From Podarcis tiliguerta (Eukaryota), in NCBI GenBank assembly GCA_965153285.1, contig OZ229117.1: 64,000 nucleotides of DNA. One strand, written 5' to 3'. The stretch's first letter is position 1. Each line of letters starts with the position of its first letter. A program made the translations under genes and the position numbers. A model generated the notes under the pieces. It did not search any database and was not told where the DNA came from. It saw only the letters and a list, made by a program, of their open reading frames with translations. Shown here in pieces: positions 11,664 to 24,285 of this stretch.

Positions 11664-12109
11664 GAGCTGATAATGGAAAAGCCCCAAAATGAGTGCAATA
11701 GGATGAACTCCAGTAGCCTGGATGTTGTGTATTAAGAACTGAAGCCCAGCCTGATTATTTTACAAGGACTGAGATGGTAACTTACCTTTGAGCCTAGATA
11801 GGGAGACTATGCAGACAACTCTGAATGTCTGTCCAAGTTGTTGTTCTTTAACATGTATAACATTGTCTGCAGCGAGCCAGGCCCCCATACTGGTGATCTA
11901 AGGAGGATGACATTGCTCTCTGATGCAAAAAACTTTTATTTAAAACTGGGGCGTTTGTGAGCTTTCTTCACACGATGCAAGTCGACATTTTAAATCAGGG
12001 GAGGGTAACCTTTTCCAGCATTCAGACATGGGCCTCCTTCTGGGGACTGCTTGCCTATGGTGGCAGGGCCAGAGGCAGAAGCGTGTGAAGCAGTGGACGT
12101 GGAGGTATT

Positions 12110-12830
12110 GCGGGGATGCTCATCAAATCTGGAGATGGCATCAAACTGGGAGGGATAGCCAATGGCGCAGAAGACAGCATCGGGATTCAAGATGATCTTA
12201 ATGGATTGGACCCAACTGGATCCAAACTAACAAAATGAATTTCGTAGGGACAAATGTAAGGTTCTACACTTACGCAGGAAGAACCAGATGTACAAATATA
12301 AGATGGGGGATACCGGGCTTGCCAGGTGAAAAGGATCTAGGGATCTTAATAGACCACAAGCTTAACATGGGTCAACAATGTGATGCAGCAGCAAAAGAAG
12401 CTAATGCTATTCTAGGCTGCATCAACAGAAGTCTAGTGTCCCCATCAAGGGAAGTCATAGTCCCACTGTGTTGGCCAGACCACACCTGGAGTACTGTGTC
12501 CAGTTCTGGACACAATAATTTAAGATGCATATTGATAAGTTGGAACGTGTAGGGGAAGGTGACCAAGATGATAAAGGGTCTGAAAACCAAGCCTTATGAG
12601 GAACGGTTGAAGGAGTTGGGTATGTTTAGCCTGGAAAAGAGTGAGAGGATATAGGATAGATATTTCCAGATATCTACAGAGCTGTCATATGGAAACTTGT
12701 TTTCTCCTGTTCTGGAAACTAGGACCAGAACCAATGGTTTCAGTTTACAAGAAATGAGATTTTGACTAAACACCAGGAAGAACTTTCTGCCAGAAAGAAC
12801 TATTTCACAGTGGAATAGCCTTAAAATAGG
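12110..12830 (+). mobile_element. CR1 LINE fragment (degenerate ORF2 RT C-terminal region)
   Basis: Translates EKDLGILIDHKLNMGQQCDAAAKEANAILGCINRSLVSPSREVIVPL, with a KCKVLHL-like motif and frameshifts. Confidence 0.9.
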
Positions 12831-13199
12831 TTTAAAACTAGAATTGGCTCTGTCCCTCATTGGCTCTGGCTCCGCCTCCCACAGGGCCTGGCTTTGCCAA
12901 CTGATGGCATCTCTGCCTTCTATCCTGCCAGTCCCAATGGGCACCAGCCACTGCTGCTATTCTTCACTCACTCAGTTCTGTACAAATTTTAAAAGGTGAG
13001 GCGAGCCCTTCTCTCACAAGCAAAAATTCAAAACCCAAAGGCTGCTGAGACCTACCCAACTCTGCAGAAAAAGAAAAAGAAAAAAAGATGATAAAGATAA
13101 AGAAGATGATGGCATCGGAGCGATGATGCTATTCAAGCAGCACTGTCTTGGGATGCTCTCTACATGTTGGGTCAGTCAGAATGGCTTTGCACATCTACA

Positions 13200-14930
13200 T
13201 TAGCTACACTTCCACGGGGGGCGGGGAGTCGCATACAAAACGTGTTAGCAAGAAACGTCTGTATATAAGATCACGTGTCAATAAGAAGCGGCAGCCAGCT
13301 GGGAAGCTGCTTCCTGCTGGCGCGCTGCACTGGCGCTTTCTGTTCCTTCGAGGCTTTAAGGCGCTTGGAAGCAACCTTGCAAAGGCAAGGAGAGCACCAG
13401 GCAGCGTAAACAGTCCCCGCCCAGTGCATGCGTAAAGCCACCCTTGGGACTCTAAAAGGGCACGAGAAGGCGCACTCTTGCCTTCGGCTTGGCCCGTGAG
13501 GGGATCTCGCTTTCCCCGAGAGGTGCGCTCCTTTGCATCCGATCAAAGGAGCCCCGCCGCCAGCTGCCACCTCTTCCTTCCTTGCAATGGCTCTGCGGGG
13601 CGATCAAGAACCGGCTTGAAGGGGCCGGTGCCAGGATGCACCGAGTTCCTTCCCGCGCGGCCCCGCTGCTGCTTCTCTGGGGCTCCTGTCAGGCGCCCTT
13701 CCTCCTCCCGGCCAAACGGGGGTGATCTCGAGTCTCCCCTCTTTCTGGCGCGGCCAGCACGTGTTGGGGAGGGGCCGGGCCGGCCTCCCATTCATTCTCT
13801 CCACCCTCCAGCAGGAGGTGCCGGCACCATAAAAAGAGCCCGCGAAGAGGGCGCCGCCGTTCAGGGTGCCAAAGACGGCGGAGGGAGCCGGCGTGTCGCG
13901 CGCCTTGCTCGTGCCGGGGCTGACAAGCCAGCGAGCGAGGAGCTTCGGGTGGCGCAAACGGGCTCGGGGGAGCGGCCATCTCGGCTCTCCGCGGGCGGCA
14001 GTGCCCACAACAGCAGCAGCAGCCTCAGCAGCATCCGCCAAGCCGGCCTCGCCATGTCCGGCGCCGGCGGCGTGGTGAAGAAGCGCGGCTCGGCCGCCTC
14101 GTCGGGGCCGCCGCCGGAGGAGGAGGAGAAGAAGCAGATGCTGTCCGGGGCGGCGGGCGGCGGCGGCGGCGACGCGGGGCCGGAGGCTCACGAGAACGGC
14201 TGCGCGCCGCTGCCGTCTCCGGGCGCCGAGGGCGAGGACCCGTCTTCGCCCGGCGTGGCCCTGAAGCGCAACATCACGCTGCTGAACGGCGTGGCCATCA
14301 TCGTGGGCACCATCATCGGCTCGGGCATCTTCGTGACGCCCACGGGGGTGGTGAAGGAGGCCGGCTCGCCGGGGCTGTCGCTGGTGGTGTGGGCGGCCTG
14401 CGGCGTCTTCTCCATCGTGGGCGCCCTCTGCTACGCCGAGCTGGGCACCACCATCTCCAAGTCGGGCGGCGACTACGCCTACATGCTGGAGGTCTACGGC
14501 TCGCTGCCGGCCTTCCTCAAGCTCTGGATCGAGCTGCTCATCATCCGGCCCTCCTCGCAGTACATCGTCGCCTTCGTCTTCGCCACCTACCTCCTCAAGC
14601 CCATCTTCCCCGCCTGCCCCGTCCCCATCGGCGCCGCCAAGCTCGTCGCCTGCCTCTGCGTCCGTGAGTATCCGGGCCCGGCGCGCGCCGTCCTCCGAGG
14701 CACTCTGTACGCGCTCAGGGGCACGCCGGGCGAAGTGCGGAGGGAGCCTCGCTTTCGGAAAGCCGGGCGGGGAGAGGGAGCTGGAGCAGGGGGCTGCGTA
14801 GAGCACGTGGCCGGTGCCATTTCTGACACCGCCCAGGTGCCTAACTCAGGGTGCGGGGGGGGGGAGAAGGGGCTTCTCGGGGCGCAGTTGCTGCCGGTCC
14901 AGGGGGGTCCCTCGCGGTTGGGGCGCTGAG
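13200..14930. promoter_or_regulatory. SLC7A5: CpG island covering the SLC7A5 promoter and exon 1
   Basis: Visibly GC- and CpG-rich. CACGTG E-boxes at 13272, 13758 and 14804; GC box near 13219; TATATAAG at 13262; CATAAAA at 13828-13834; no ATG between 13860 and the start codon. Confidence 0.85.
14054..14663 (+). CDS. SLC7A5: L-type amino acid transporter 1 (LAT1), coding exon 1
   Basis: gccATG start, |gtgagt donor, 610 nt. [29 protein letters not shown]...[18 protein letters not shown]...FPACPVP; TM1 GSG motif and the Cys that bonds to 4F2hc (codon 14615-14617). Confidence 0.97.
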
Positions 14931-15307
14931 GAGGACTGGCCTCCTAAGACGAGGTTATTAAAAAAAAAAAATGGCCTCCTGGGACTAAGGGAGACGAGTG
15001 GGTCTCTTCGGTTGGGTGCTGTGGTGGCGAAGCGAGAGAGCTGGTAAATCTTAAGGCATTCGTTTAATTTGTTAAACAGAGAACATGGTGCGAAACGCCA
15101 AAGTTTTATAAGCAAATTGGCTTACCCTGATGTACCCTACTTGGAGTAGACCCACTGAGGTTAATGGATATGCCTAATTTTGGTTCATTAATTTAATCTG
15201 AATAGAACTCGGATAGATGCAACCCTGTATACTAAATAACAATAATTCCTTAAATGAGACCAGTAATCGGAAGACGTCGGTAGCAATGGAGGGTGCTTGG
15301 AAATCGG

Positions 15308-15340
<33 letters not shown>

Positions 15341-18300
15341 GGAGCCTCAGCACATGTTGCCGCTTTCAGGTGAGGTTTGACTTGTAGAGCCGGCCCTGTG
15401 ACTCAGGGAGAGCTGGAATAACAAGGGGGGGGGGGCGCGGGGCGGAGACTCAGTAGAATGAATTAGGCACTGTGTGAAAGCTACATTTTGTGCAGTTCAG
15501 GGTTTTATGGAAAACAAGGTGAAGTGGTCTGCTTTTTAGAGGGGGTATGGAGGGGCATTTTTCTTTTGGAGGAGGGGGCAGGAGATCCTGCTGTGGCCTG
15601 CCAGGTGTTGTTGGGCTCCAAGACCCATTTGCCATAGCAGCAGCCATCATGTCCAATGGTCAGAGATGATGGGGACTGGAATGCAGAGACCGCATGGGGG
15701 GGGCACAGCAAGATCCCCACCCTTTGCTTTAGAGGACTGTTCTCAGGGAAATAATGTTTCCTTGACTGTTAGTGCCCCCTCCCCTCTAGTTTCTGTAAAA
15801 ACACTGGAAAATATACTGTACCCTTTTTTTTTTTACCTGGCAGGTAGTGTTTCTGAAGAGCCACAATTATTAAAAGCTGGTTCCACTTTCATCTTGTATG
15901 TATGTGGTCCCAGTTCCACTTGGCCCCAGAGAAGAGATCTCCTTGCAGTGAAAAAAATCAATATTTTAACAATTGTGTCGTGTGTGTGTATTTCTGATCC
16001 AGAAATTTAGCTCTTATCTTATCAGTCTTCGGGTAACTTGTGTGTTTATGAAGTTTTCTGTTTACTCTTTTTGCTATTTCTCCACTTGCCCAGTATCTGG
16101 CTCTGATAAGAATCACCATGCTGAATCAGGACCAAGGGTCTGTCTAGTCCGGCGTCCTGTTATCACGGTGGCTTGTGGTGGCTAGGAGCTGCCGATACCC
16201 TTGTCCTTCATGGACAAGGTGTAGGTGCCTCATCCACAAGCAAAGTAGGTATTGCTATTTATCTAAAGGGTCATTTAAACACTGTACATTCAAAGCACAT
16301 TATTTTCCCTCTAGAGAATCCTGGGAGCTGTAGTAGCAGCTTTGTGAGAGACTATGGTGTAAATGTGCTTCAGATGCATTTTGTTGCAACTGTTTGAGTT
16401 AAAACTCTTACCTGACGCGATTTGTGGATAGCTGTTTTCTGAATGGATCCTTTACCTGAAGTATGAAGAACCTGTGGCCCTCCCAGTTATTAGGCGACTC
16501 CAACTCCCATCATCCCTGACTGTCTGTCTGTGGTTGGGGCTGATGGGAGTTGGTGCCCAACAATATCTAGGAACCAGGTTCCCCATGCCTAGTGTATTTC
16601 CATTTCCTAGCAAATGTGCCTTTTCCCCATTGGTGAAGAACTGTTCTTAGTTCTGTTGCTGTTTTGTTAATTTATTGTTTTTAGAAGTATTGCATAATAA
16701 GCTTATTCAGCACCTAAATTTTTAAAACTGGTGGATCAGAAGCAGAGTTCATGCTTTCCATCCAAAGGATTCAATCCCTGACACTTCCAGGGAGAGCCAA
16801 TGCCAGCCAATATATAAAGACTGTGCTGAGCTAGATGGGCCAATCGTGTGACTTGATATAAGGCAGCTTCTTATGTTGCTATGCGCATATATTAAAAGAT
16901 TGTGCAGGCACACATGCCTAGCAGACATGATACAAAAGGAAAAATTAATGGGTAGGGCAGAGGAAAGCAAGCACTGGACCAGCTGCTCCTTCCCTGGGCA
17001 AGGGATTCTCCCTCTTGCCCTGATGTTCTTCCTGGGAAGCAGAAAGTGCAGCCTCCCAGTGGCTCTCTAGATTACCTGTCTGATGGCAGAGCCCAGAGTG
17101 TGTTTACTTTTGTTTCTCCCTTTCCGTCCATGGAGGATTTTCAGTAGGATCCAAGGGATGCAGGCTGTTATTGTTTACACTCCCCCCAGCTTAACCTCCT
17201 GCATAGATAGCTCAGGGCAAATTGTGTTCTGTGCAGGAGTCAGCAGTGCTTTAAAGTCTCCCCCTGCATGTACATTGCCACTCCCTCTTTAATTCCCTTG
17301 GCTCCCGCCATCTGTCATTTTGCAACCTCTCCTCCTTTCCCCAGTTCATTTTGTCTCGCATACTTCACGGCCTGTGTCTGGCTGCGGAGGCTATACCTGT
17401 CACTTGTTTTAATTCCAAAGCAATTATAAAATATCTAAGCACTGTACAAAGCAATAACAGTATCACTGAAAAGAAAAATACTACATAGAACCAGTAAAAC
17501 AGTAGTATAAAAGCATATAAAGAAGAGTCAAATTAAAGCAGAGTCAATTTTATGGCCTAGGGAAAGTCTGGGCAACAAGATCTGTCTTTACTGCCGACTG
17601 ACGGTTGCGGCTTCACATTCCAAAGTAGCAGTGAAAAATACGACCATTTTGGGGTCACAGCCCTGTGATATTCTGTAAGGTGTGATGTCACAAGTAGAAT
17701 TTCATCAGATGACGATGGTCCCTGTGTGGCACCTACTTTGCCTTGGCTGGCGCTAAATAAGCATTAAACATTCATGGGGCTTCTAGTTTCAAATTGCACT
17801 TTCTCCATTGGGGTAGATTCTCTCTCCCCTCCTCTCGCCCCAGGGCACTTGGTCTGGAGCAACCAAGGGAAAGAGTGCTTTGGAATTTGAAAATTGCACA
17901 ATTGGTTTCGCCAAGCGCAAACCTCCCCATGGCTTGATGCTCGTTTTGATTGTGGCACTCTTCCCGGTAGGTGGGGTAGCTTGGCCTTGCTTGGTGCAGC
18001 CCAGCCAAAATTCTTAACTATAAATATATCTCCTTACTTTTCACACCCGTAAGGCAGGGCAGATTCCACCTGCCTCATCGTACTTACCTTGCATTCCCTT
18101 CCTTGTTTACAGGAATGTTTTCAAAATAAAATGCAAGAGCATCATCAGCTTTCCATCTTTGCTTAATGATGTTGTCTACAACCATGGAATGTGTGTGTAT
18201 GGGAGAGAGGTACATTGGAAGCTGCCTTATTCCAGTCCAGGCTATTTGTCCATCTAGCCCAATATTGATTGATCTGACAAGTAAGCTCTCCAGGGTTGTG

Positions 18301-19339
18301 CCTTACTTGTCACCTGATACCTGATTCATTTAATTGGAGATGCCAGGGATTGGCCCAAGGCCTTCTTGCATGCATAGCAGGTGCTCTGCCATCTAGGTCT
18401 GGTCCCTGCCTTCTCAATGTTACTGGCTCCCCTTGTCACCTTGAGGCCCAGTGGTAACTTGGGGGAGAAAAGACAATGGTAACTTGGGGGCACTTTCACA
18501 GGGGGTCAATAGTGCGTGCAGATGAGCCTCTTCTTGGGTTGAGCACAGCTGAAAATACCTGGATTGTCTGGAAGCAGCAAACTCAGCATCAGGTTGTGCA
18601 GTATTTGGGTGCAAGGTTTTTTGTTTGACACCTGCCTGGATTATCTCACGTAGCAACAACAAATAGGTTCACAATTTAGAACCTAGTTGCTATCCTGACT
18701 TAACCTCTTCTTGGTACAGAAGCTTTTAATGCATGTCAAGTAAAAGTTGTTTTCTAACTTCGCAGGGTCTCAGTTTAGGGTACTTGGAGCGAGCTGCTGC
18801 CTGGCTTTTTTCTTCTGAAGCTTTTGGTTAAATCCTTCTATATGTTTCCTTTTGCTTTGGGAGATTACTAGATCCCTGCTAATTGGTGCCTTTTGATGTG
18901 CTCCTCCTTCCCTCCCTGTTCCCCATCCATATACATGCTTGAATTAACTGTGGAATCTCTGATGTGGCTCAGAGGGATTATTTCAACCCTACCATTACCT
19001 GTTCCTAGACTGAAAATTTGAAAGGCAGAGATTCCAGCCACACTCTCTGGCCTCCCAAGAGCTTTAGAAGGAGGGGAGTTGCTGGCCTGGAGCCAGCGCT
19101 AACACCTTGATCTGATAGTGTTACTTGGGAGGGTAACTCTCCCCCATGTAAGTGTGCTTTGGATCACCACCTTCTGACATGATCATCCAAACAGGCAAAC
19201 GATGACCTTTTCCATTGCAGGAGAAATTGCAACTGCAGCGACTGGTGTTCAGGGACTACTGACTCTGACAAGTGGCAGCCAAACATGCCCGTTTGCATTC
19301 ATTCATTCATTTAATTTACTCATTCATTCATTCATATAC

Positions 19340-19470
19340 CATCTTTTAATCCTCACAACAACCCTGCAAGGTAGGTTAGGCTGAGAGGCAGTGACTGGCC
19401 CTAAGACACCCAGCAAGCTTCATGGCCGAGCGGGGATTGGAACCTGAGTCTCCCAGGTCCTAATCCAGCT
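19340..19470 (-). mobile_element. Old MIR/Squam3-like SINE fragment. Similar pieces at about 21490-21700(+), 28865-28960(-) and 56148-56262(+)
   Basis: CCTCACAACAACCCTGCAAGGTAGGTTAGGCTGAGAG...GGGATTGGAACCTGAGTCTCC. Confidence 0.6.
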
Positions 19471-20099
19471 AGTAGCTGTGCATAGCTTCTTTTGTCTGCC
19501 GTGAGTTCTGCTCTCTCCCCATTTAAAGCCACCCACACCTGTCAGCGCTGTCCAAAGCGGCAGCAAGCAATATTTGAATCCCTCTAGAAAAATACATACT
19601 TCATTTTATTTCCATGCTGCTTTTCTGCTGTTCAAAATATTCTTAAGGCAGCTTACATACATAACCACAACCTAACAAAAGGAGTCATAAAAGGTAAATA
19701 AAACATTAAAAACACACAACTGAACCATCTCCACATCAATCACAAGATCTAAAACAACGATGTAAAAAACCAACAGCAACAACCTCTAGCCCGAGTCTGC
19801 TCAGCAGGCTCAGCTTTTGTAGCTGGAGTCAGTCCTGGCCCCACCCTCCCAGGCCGTGTGGGAAAAGGCCTACAGGAGAGGGACCGGGTCCCCCAGGACT
19901 CACAGCCAAGATGGTCTCTGGTCTCTTCAGCAGCCCCAGCTTTTTCTAGCTGGGGTCAAGCAGATTCCCCTTCTCTCGCCAGGCATTTCTAAACTCTGTT
20001 CCTGCACAGAGCTTTGTGGGAGTGATCAGCTTATGCCTCATTCCCAAGTCTGCCTCCATTGGGGGTTCTGCATGTGCTGCCTGCCATGTTGGAAGCAGG

Positions 20100-20520
20100 G
20101 GCCAGCCTCGCACTGGACCATGTGACATGGTGGCGGAGGCTCTCTCTTGACTTCTGCCATTTTAGCGCCAGGTACTTTGGCGGCAGGCACGGCTGAGCTC
20201 AGCGAGCCTTAAAGCGAAAATGGAGACGGGGTGGGGTGGGGGGGAGAGACGCACGTAGGGGAGGAGGGGTGTCACGTGCTGTTGCCAGGCAACCCCTCGT
20301 GGTCCCACGTTGCTGCTGGATTCTAACGGGAATCAATGGGAGACAATTGTGTGGTTGCCCAGCAACTAGGCACGTGACTTCTCTGGTTTCCCCCCTCCTC
20401 TCTTTCCAGTTCAAGGCTTACTTCACCTCCCCGCCCCCCGCCTGGCCACTTGGTGGCTTGGCTGAACAATAATAAAGATGGCAGACAGCTGCCTGGGTGG
20501 GAGAATTGGCTCACCACTGG
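20100..20520. promoter_or_regulatory. Candidate SLC7A5 intron-1 enhancer (E-box/RFX/HRE/GC-box cluster)
   Basis: Local CpG enrichment. GTCACGTG at 20271, GTTGCCAGGCAAC at 20281, GTTGCCCAGCAAC at 20354, CACGTGAC at 20371, GCACGTA at 20251, GC box near 20428. Confidence 0.6.
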
Positions 20521-23506
20521 CTACACACGAATGAGAGTGTTTTATGTTTTTAGGGAGGCTAGCTGGTGGCTTTTACTTGGGCAGGATTGTGCCCAGGGGC
20601 TGCCAGCTGCTGACCCAGCTCTGACATGTCATCGGGAGGGAGAGGAGAATTTTGCAAAACTGGGCTTCAGCAATATTTTGTTCTGTGCTCCGGATGGTTT
20701 CGTGTGAACGCACCTTCGAAATCTGCTTCCTTGCCTACAACAAAGCCAGCTTTTTGCCCAGGGTGGGAGCAAATCTAGGGCAAAGGGTTCAAAGCACTTG
20801 ATCAAAGCAGTTTTGACCCAGAGGGTTTGGCTCACTTGAGAAATGTTTGCTCCAGCTGCTTAGAATTGGCTGCTCTATAATTGCAGTATATCTTTTCCTC
20901 GCTCCAATTGGATGAGCAGACGGTGATAAATGGCAAACGCTAAAGATTGCACTGTTTATACTTTCGAAATCCAGGATGTTCTTCCAGAGCTCTCGGCGCT
21001 GCTGGTAAATACATCCGTCACAAGTCCGCTTGCTTGGATCTTCCCTTTGCAAGGAGCAAAACAGAAATGACTTCAGGGTTCTAAATCAAAGTTAAGAGGA
21101 GCTTCTTGACACAGTGCCATAGTTAAGTCATGCAACTCGCTCCCCCGAGATGTAGCTGTGGCCACCAACTTGGATGGCTTTAAAAAGGGGGTCTAGACCA
21201 GTGGCTAGGAACTGCTCCCTGGGGGGCAGTGGGATTACCTGGGGGGAGCCCTAAGGCAGGGGGCACTGGAAGTGCAAATGACTATCAGACACCGAAAAGC
21301 TTGTACCAGTGCATCACGTTCATCAATTTCATTGAATTAATTAAACTAAATAGTTTTAATTGCATTGGGGGGGGGGAACCAGACAATTAAGTGTTATTAT
21401 TTTGAGTTTAATTGCCTTTATCATATCTGTGCAGAAGTGAGAATGGACTGAAGTAACTTGTAACTTGAACACCAGAGCACATCTGACCAGTCTGGTGTAG
21501 TGGATGGAGTTTGGATTTGAGTTATTTATTTATTAAAGTTCTTCAGTGCTCTCAAAACTGTTGATTCTGCAGGGGAGAGTTGAGTTCAAATCTCCATTCA
21601 CCCATGGAAGCTCTCTGGATGGCCTTGAGTATGTCTCCCTCAGCTCCTAGCCTACTTTGCAGGGTTGCTGTGAGGATAAAATGAGCTCTTTGGAGGAAAG
21701 GTGGGATGAGACCATTTAATTTTATTGCAAAAGAACTGATGTGCTTCTGTGTTCGTTGGTTTCTTGAAAGCCCTGGGCTCCCCAATAAATGTGGTGTAAG
21801 CTGAGCTCTTTCTGTTTTTCACTCCTTTCCCGCTCCCCAGCATTCAAAGTTTGTACTTGGGAGCAACTTCTCAAACAGTCCCCTTTCTTGTGCTTTTTCA
21901 ACCTAACTCTTTTAATGTGCTTTTCATGCCTCTCTGCAGAGGCAGGATCCAAGTTGCACCCGTAATCTCCCCGGTTTGCACAATTCAGTGCTTGTGTGAT
22001 GGCTCAGTGCTTGCTCTGCTACACCGAGGATCATAAATATTTGTGCGTTTCCAGGGAGCAATGATGCTGCTTTGACCATATTAGGGGCTCGGTTGACTCT
22101 GAGCATTGATCCTTTAGCTGCTTGGCCGGACTAGGCGTCCCCTGATTGAGAGCTGCCCTCCAGATCCTGAAAGGTTTTGCATCAACATAACCACCTGCAG
22201 CAGTGCCCATTTGCTACTGATGCCTTGGCGATGTGAGCTTTCTCACTGCAAGCCAGTAACCTCCCAGGGTCCTGGTTTTTAACTAGGTTATTTATGTGTG
22301 TTTGGTCAGGACTTCCCAAGTGGCCTGCTAGGAAGTCTAGCCATAGTTCCTACCACCTTTTTGTCTCCCTGCCACCCTCTTGCCACACAAATGGGGAGGA
22401 AGAGAGGAACATGTGAGAAGTGGATTCCTCCTACCCTTTCAAGAAATCTGGTTAAGCAGGCCAGAAAAAAGTGGTTAGAGGTTTGGGGGCCAAATGGTTC
22501 CGGTCCAAGAACAGATTTGCTTTGAGGGCTGCCAGTTGCTGACCTCCACTCTAAGATTGCTTTTTGATGCTGTAGGTCCCTGACTCCTGTTTGTCTTGCA
22601 TTTATCTTTCTTTGTGTGATGCTGCCTTGTCCTCTCGCCTCCTCTCCTAGAAGAGCTTACCTTGCCACAATCTTATTGGCTTGTTACTGTGCTACCTGAA
22701 GGACCCACACCATCTCTCCCTGCATCAACCAAGCTGCAGTCATCTGGGGAACCCCTGTTGTGCCGCCCTCTGCAGCCCAGTAATGTGTGGAGCATAGGAT
22801 AGATCCTGCATAGGGATGCAGGATAGACCTTTCTCATTGAGCTGCAAGTCAGACAGTCTCGCTCCATGCCCCAAGAGGGGTCTAGTTCACTGTTTCGCTG
22901 AGCGCCTCTTGGTAGCAACACATTTTTCTTCCCGCTGGCATCTTGTGGAAATGCATAACCTGCTTTCAACTCTCCTTGCTTTTTCAACTTCAGGCGTCTG
23001 GCTCAAGCTTCTTAATCCCTTTGGCCACCAAACTTAACCAGATTTGTCTGTTGCAATTACTCCAAGCTATGAAGTGTGGTCATATCAGACCTGCCTTGGG
23101 TTTTCTGGCTTGCAGAAATTGTTCAGCACCCTCGCTCAGTTACAGCTGCACTGTGTTTGCAAAAGCACCACTTGCTTTTGCTTGCATCAGGCTCCCTGGC
23201 CTCTGGAAGGGCATGCTCCATAACTACTCATCCTGGTGGGTTTTTTTTTTTTGTCCTTTCGGAAGTGGAGCTTCAGGTCATAGGGATACAGGCTCCTCTC
23301 ATTAACTGTGTGGCTGTGAGAAGATTTGCAGTTTCCAAGATCACCTGACGCTAACACTGGTGCCTGTGAGGAATGCTTTTGCTCCAGTTGTTTCCTGGGT
23401 ATGTTTGCAGTTGTAGGAAGCATCGCTTGCTATCTATTCTAAATGATAGATAATGAATAACGCTGGGTCTGGGATGAAGAAGCCTCTTCTTTTGGCAAAG
23501 TTACCG

Positions 23507-23863
23507 TAAAGGTAAAGGGATCCCTGACCATTAGATCCAGTCATGGCCGACTCTGGGGTTGTGGCGCTCATCTCGCTTTATTGGCCGAGGGAGCCGGTGT
23601 ACAGCTTCTGGGTCATGTGGCCAGCATGACTAAGCTGCTTCTGGCGAACCAGAGCAGCACACGGAAACGCCGTTTACCTTCCCGCCGGAGCTGTACCTAT
23701 TTATCTACTTGCACTTGGATGTGCTTTTGAACTGCTAGGTTGGCAAGAGCAGGGACCGAACAACGGGAGCTCACCCCACCCCATCACGGGGGTTCAAACC
23801 GCCAACCTTCTGATCGGCAAGCCCTAGGCTCTGTGGTTTAACCCACAGTGCCACCCACATCCC
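23507..23863 (-). mobile_element. Sauria SINE, full length
   Basis: Reverse complement of the 51755 copy; (ACCTTT)n tail; degenerate 12-bp TSD AAAGTTACCGTA / AAAGGTACCATA. Confidence 0.9.
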
Positions 23864-23963
23864 TAAAGGTACCATACATATTAACAAAAGGTGAGGCTAG
23901 CAAAGTGGAATGCAGTTGTTTTTGCTTTGCAAGGAAAGCTGGCTAATGAGATTCAAGCACCTT

Positions 23964-24050
23964 CATTGATAGCTCAAATGGTTAGAGCATGGTGCCAATA
24001 ATGCCAAGGTTGCAGGTTCAATCCCCGTATGGGACAGCTGCATATTCCTT
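23964..24050 (+). mobile_element. tRNA-Ile(AAT)-derived SINE head or tRNA pseudogene
   Basis: TAGCTCAAATGGTTAGAGCATGGTGCCAATAATGCCAAGGTTGCAGGTTCAATCCCCGTATGGGACA follows vertebrate tRNA-Ile-AAT, with CpG decay and a broken acceptor stem. Confidence 0.75.
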
Positions 24051-24108
24051 CATTTATAAACTGGGTTACAAGGGATGAAAACAAAGTTAATATATTGAGA
24101 CGGTTGTT

Positions 24109-24285
24109 CAGTGGTACCTCTGGTTATGAACTTAATTTGTTCTGCAGGTCCATTATTAATCTGAAACAGTTCTTAACCTGAGGTAGCACTTTAGCTAATG
24201 GGGCCTCCTGCCTATTTCCAGGTTCGCGGAGTCTGTAACCCGAAGTGTTTGTAACCCAAAATGTTTGTAACCCGAGGTACCACTG
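24109..24285 (-). mobile_element. Tigger-like MITE, internally deleted, opposite orientation to the 11371 copy
   Basis: CAGTGGTACCTC / GAGGTACCACTG TIRs; TA on the right flank. Confidence 0.85.

Noticed and set aside
13604-14806. 400-aa antisense ORF
   Set aside because: Shadow frame of a very high-GC3 exon; no recognisable domain.
13478-14929. 483-aa ORF extending LAT1 exon 1 by 192 codons upstream and through the donor
   Set aside because: It begins at a TTG upstream of the likely TATA/TSS, has no in-frame ATG before 14054, and reads through a canonical GT donor. Stop-codon scarcity in a CpG island explains it; the in-frame GTG/ACG codons have weak context.
23964-24036. tRNA-Ile-like sequence (also tRNA-Lys-like near 46855-46920 and tRNA-Ala-like at 2771) as functional tRNA genes
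   Set aside because: Acceptor stems are broken, CpGs have decayed, there is no oligo-T terminator, and each continues into SINE/CR1 sequence.
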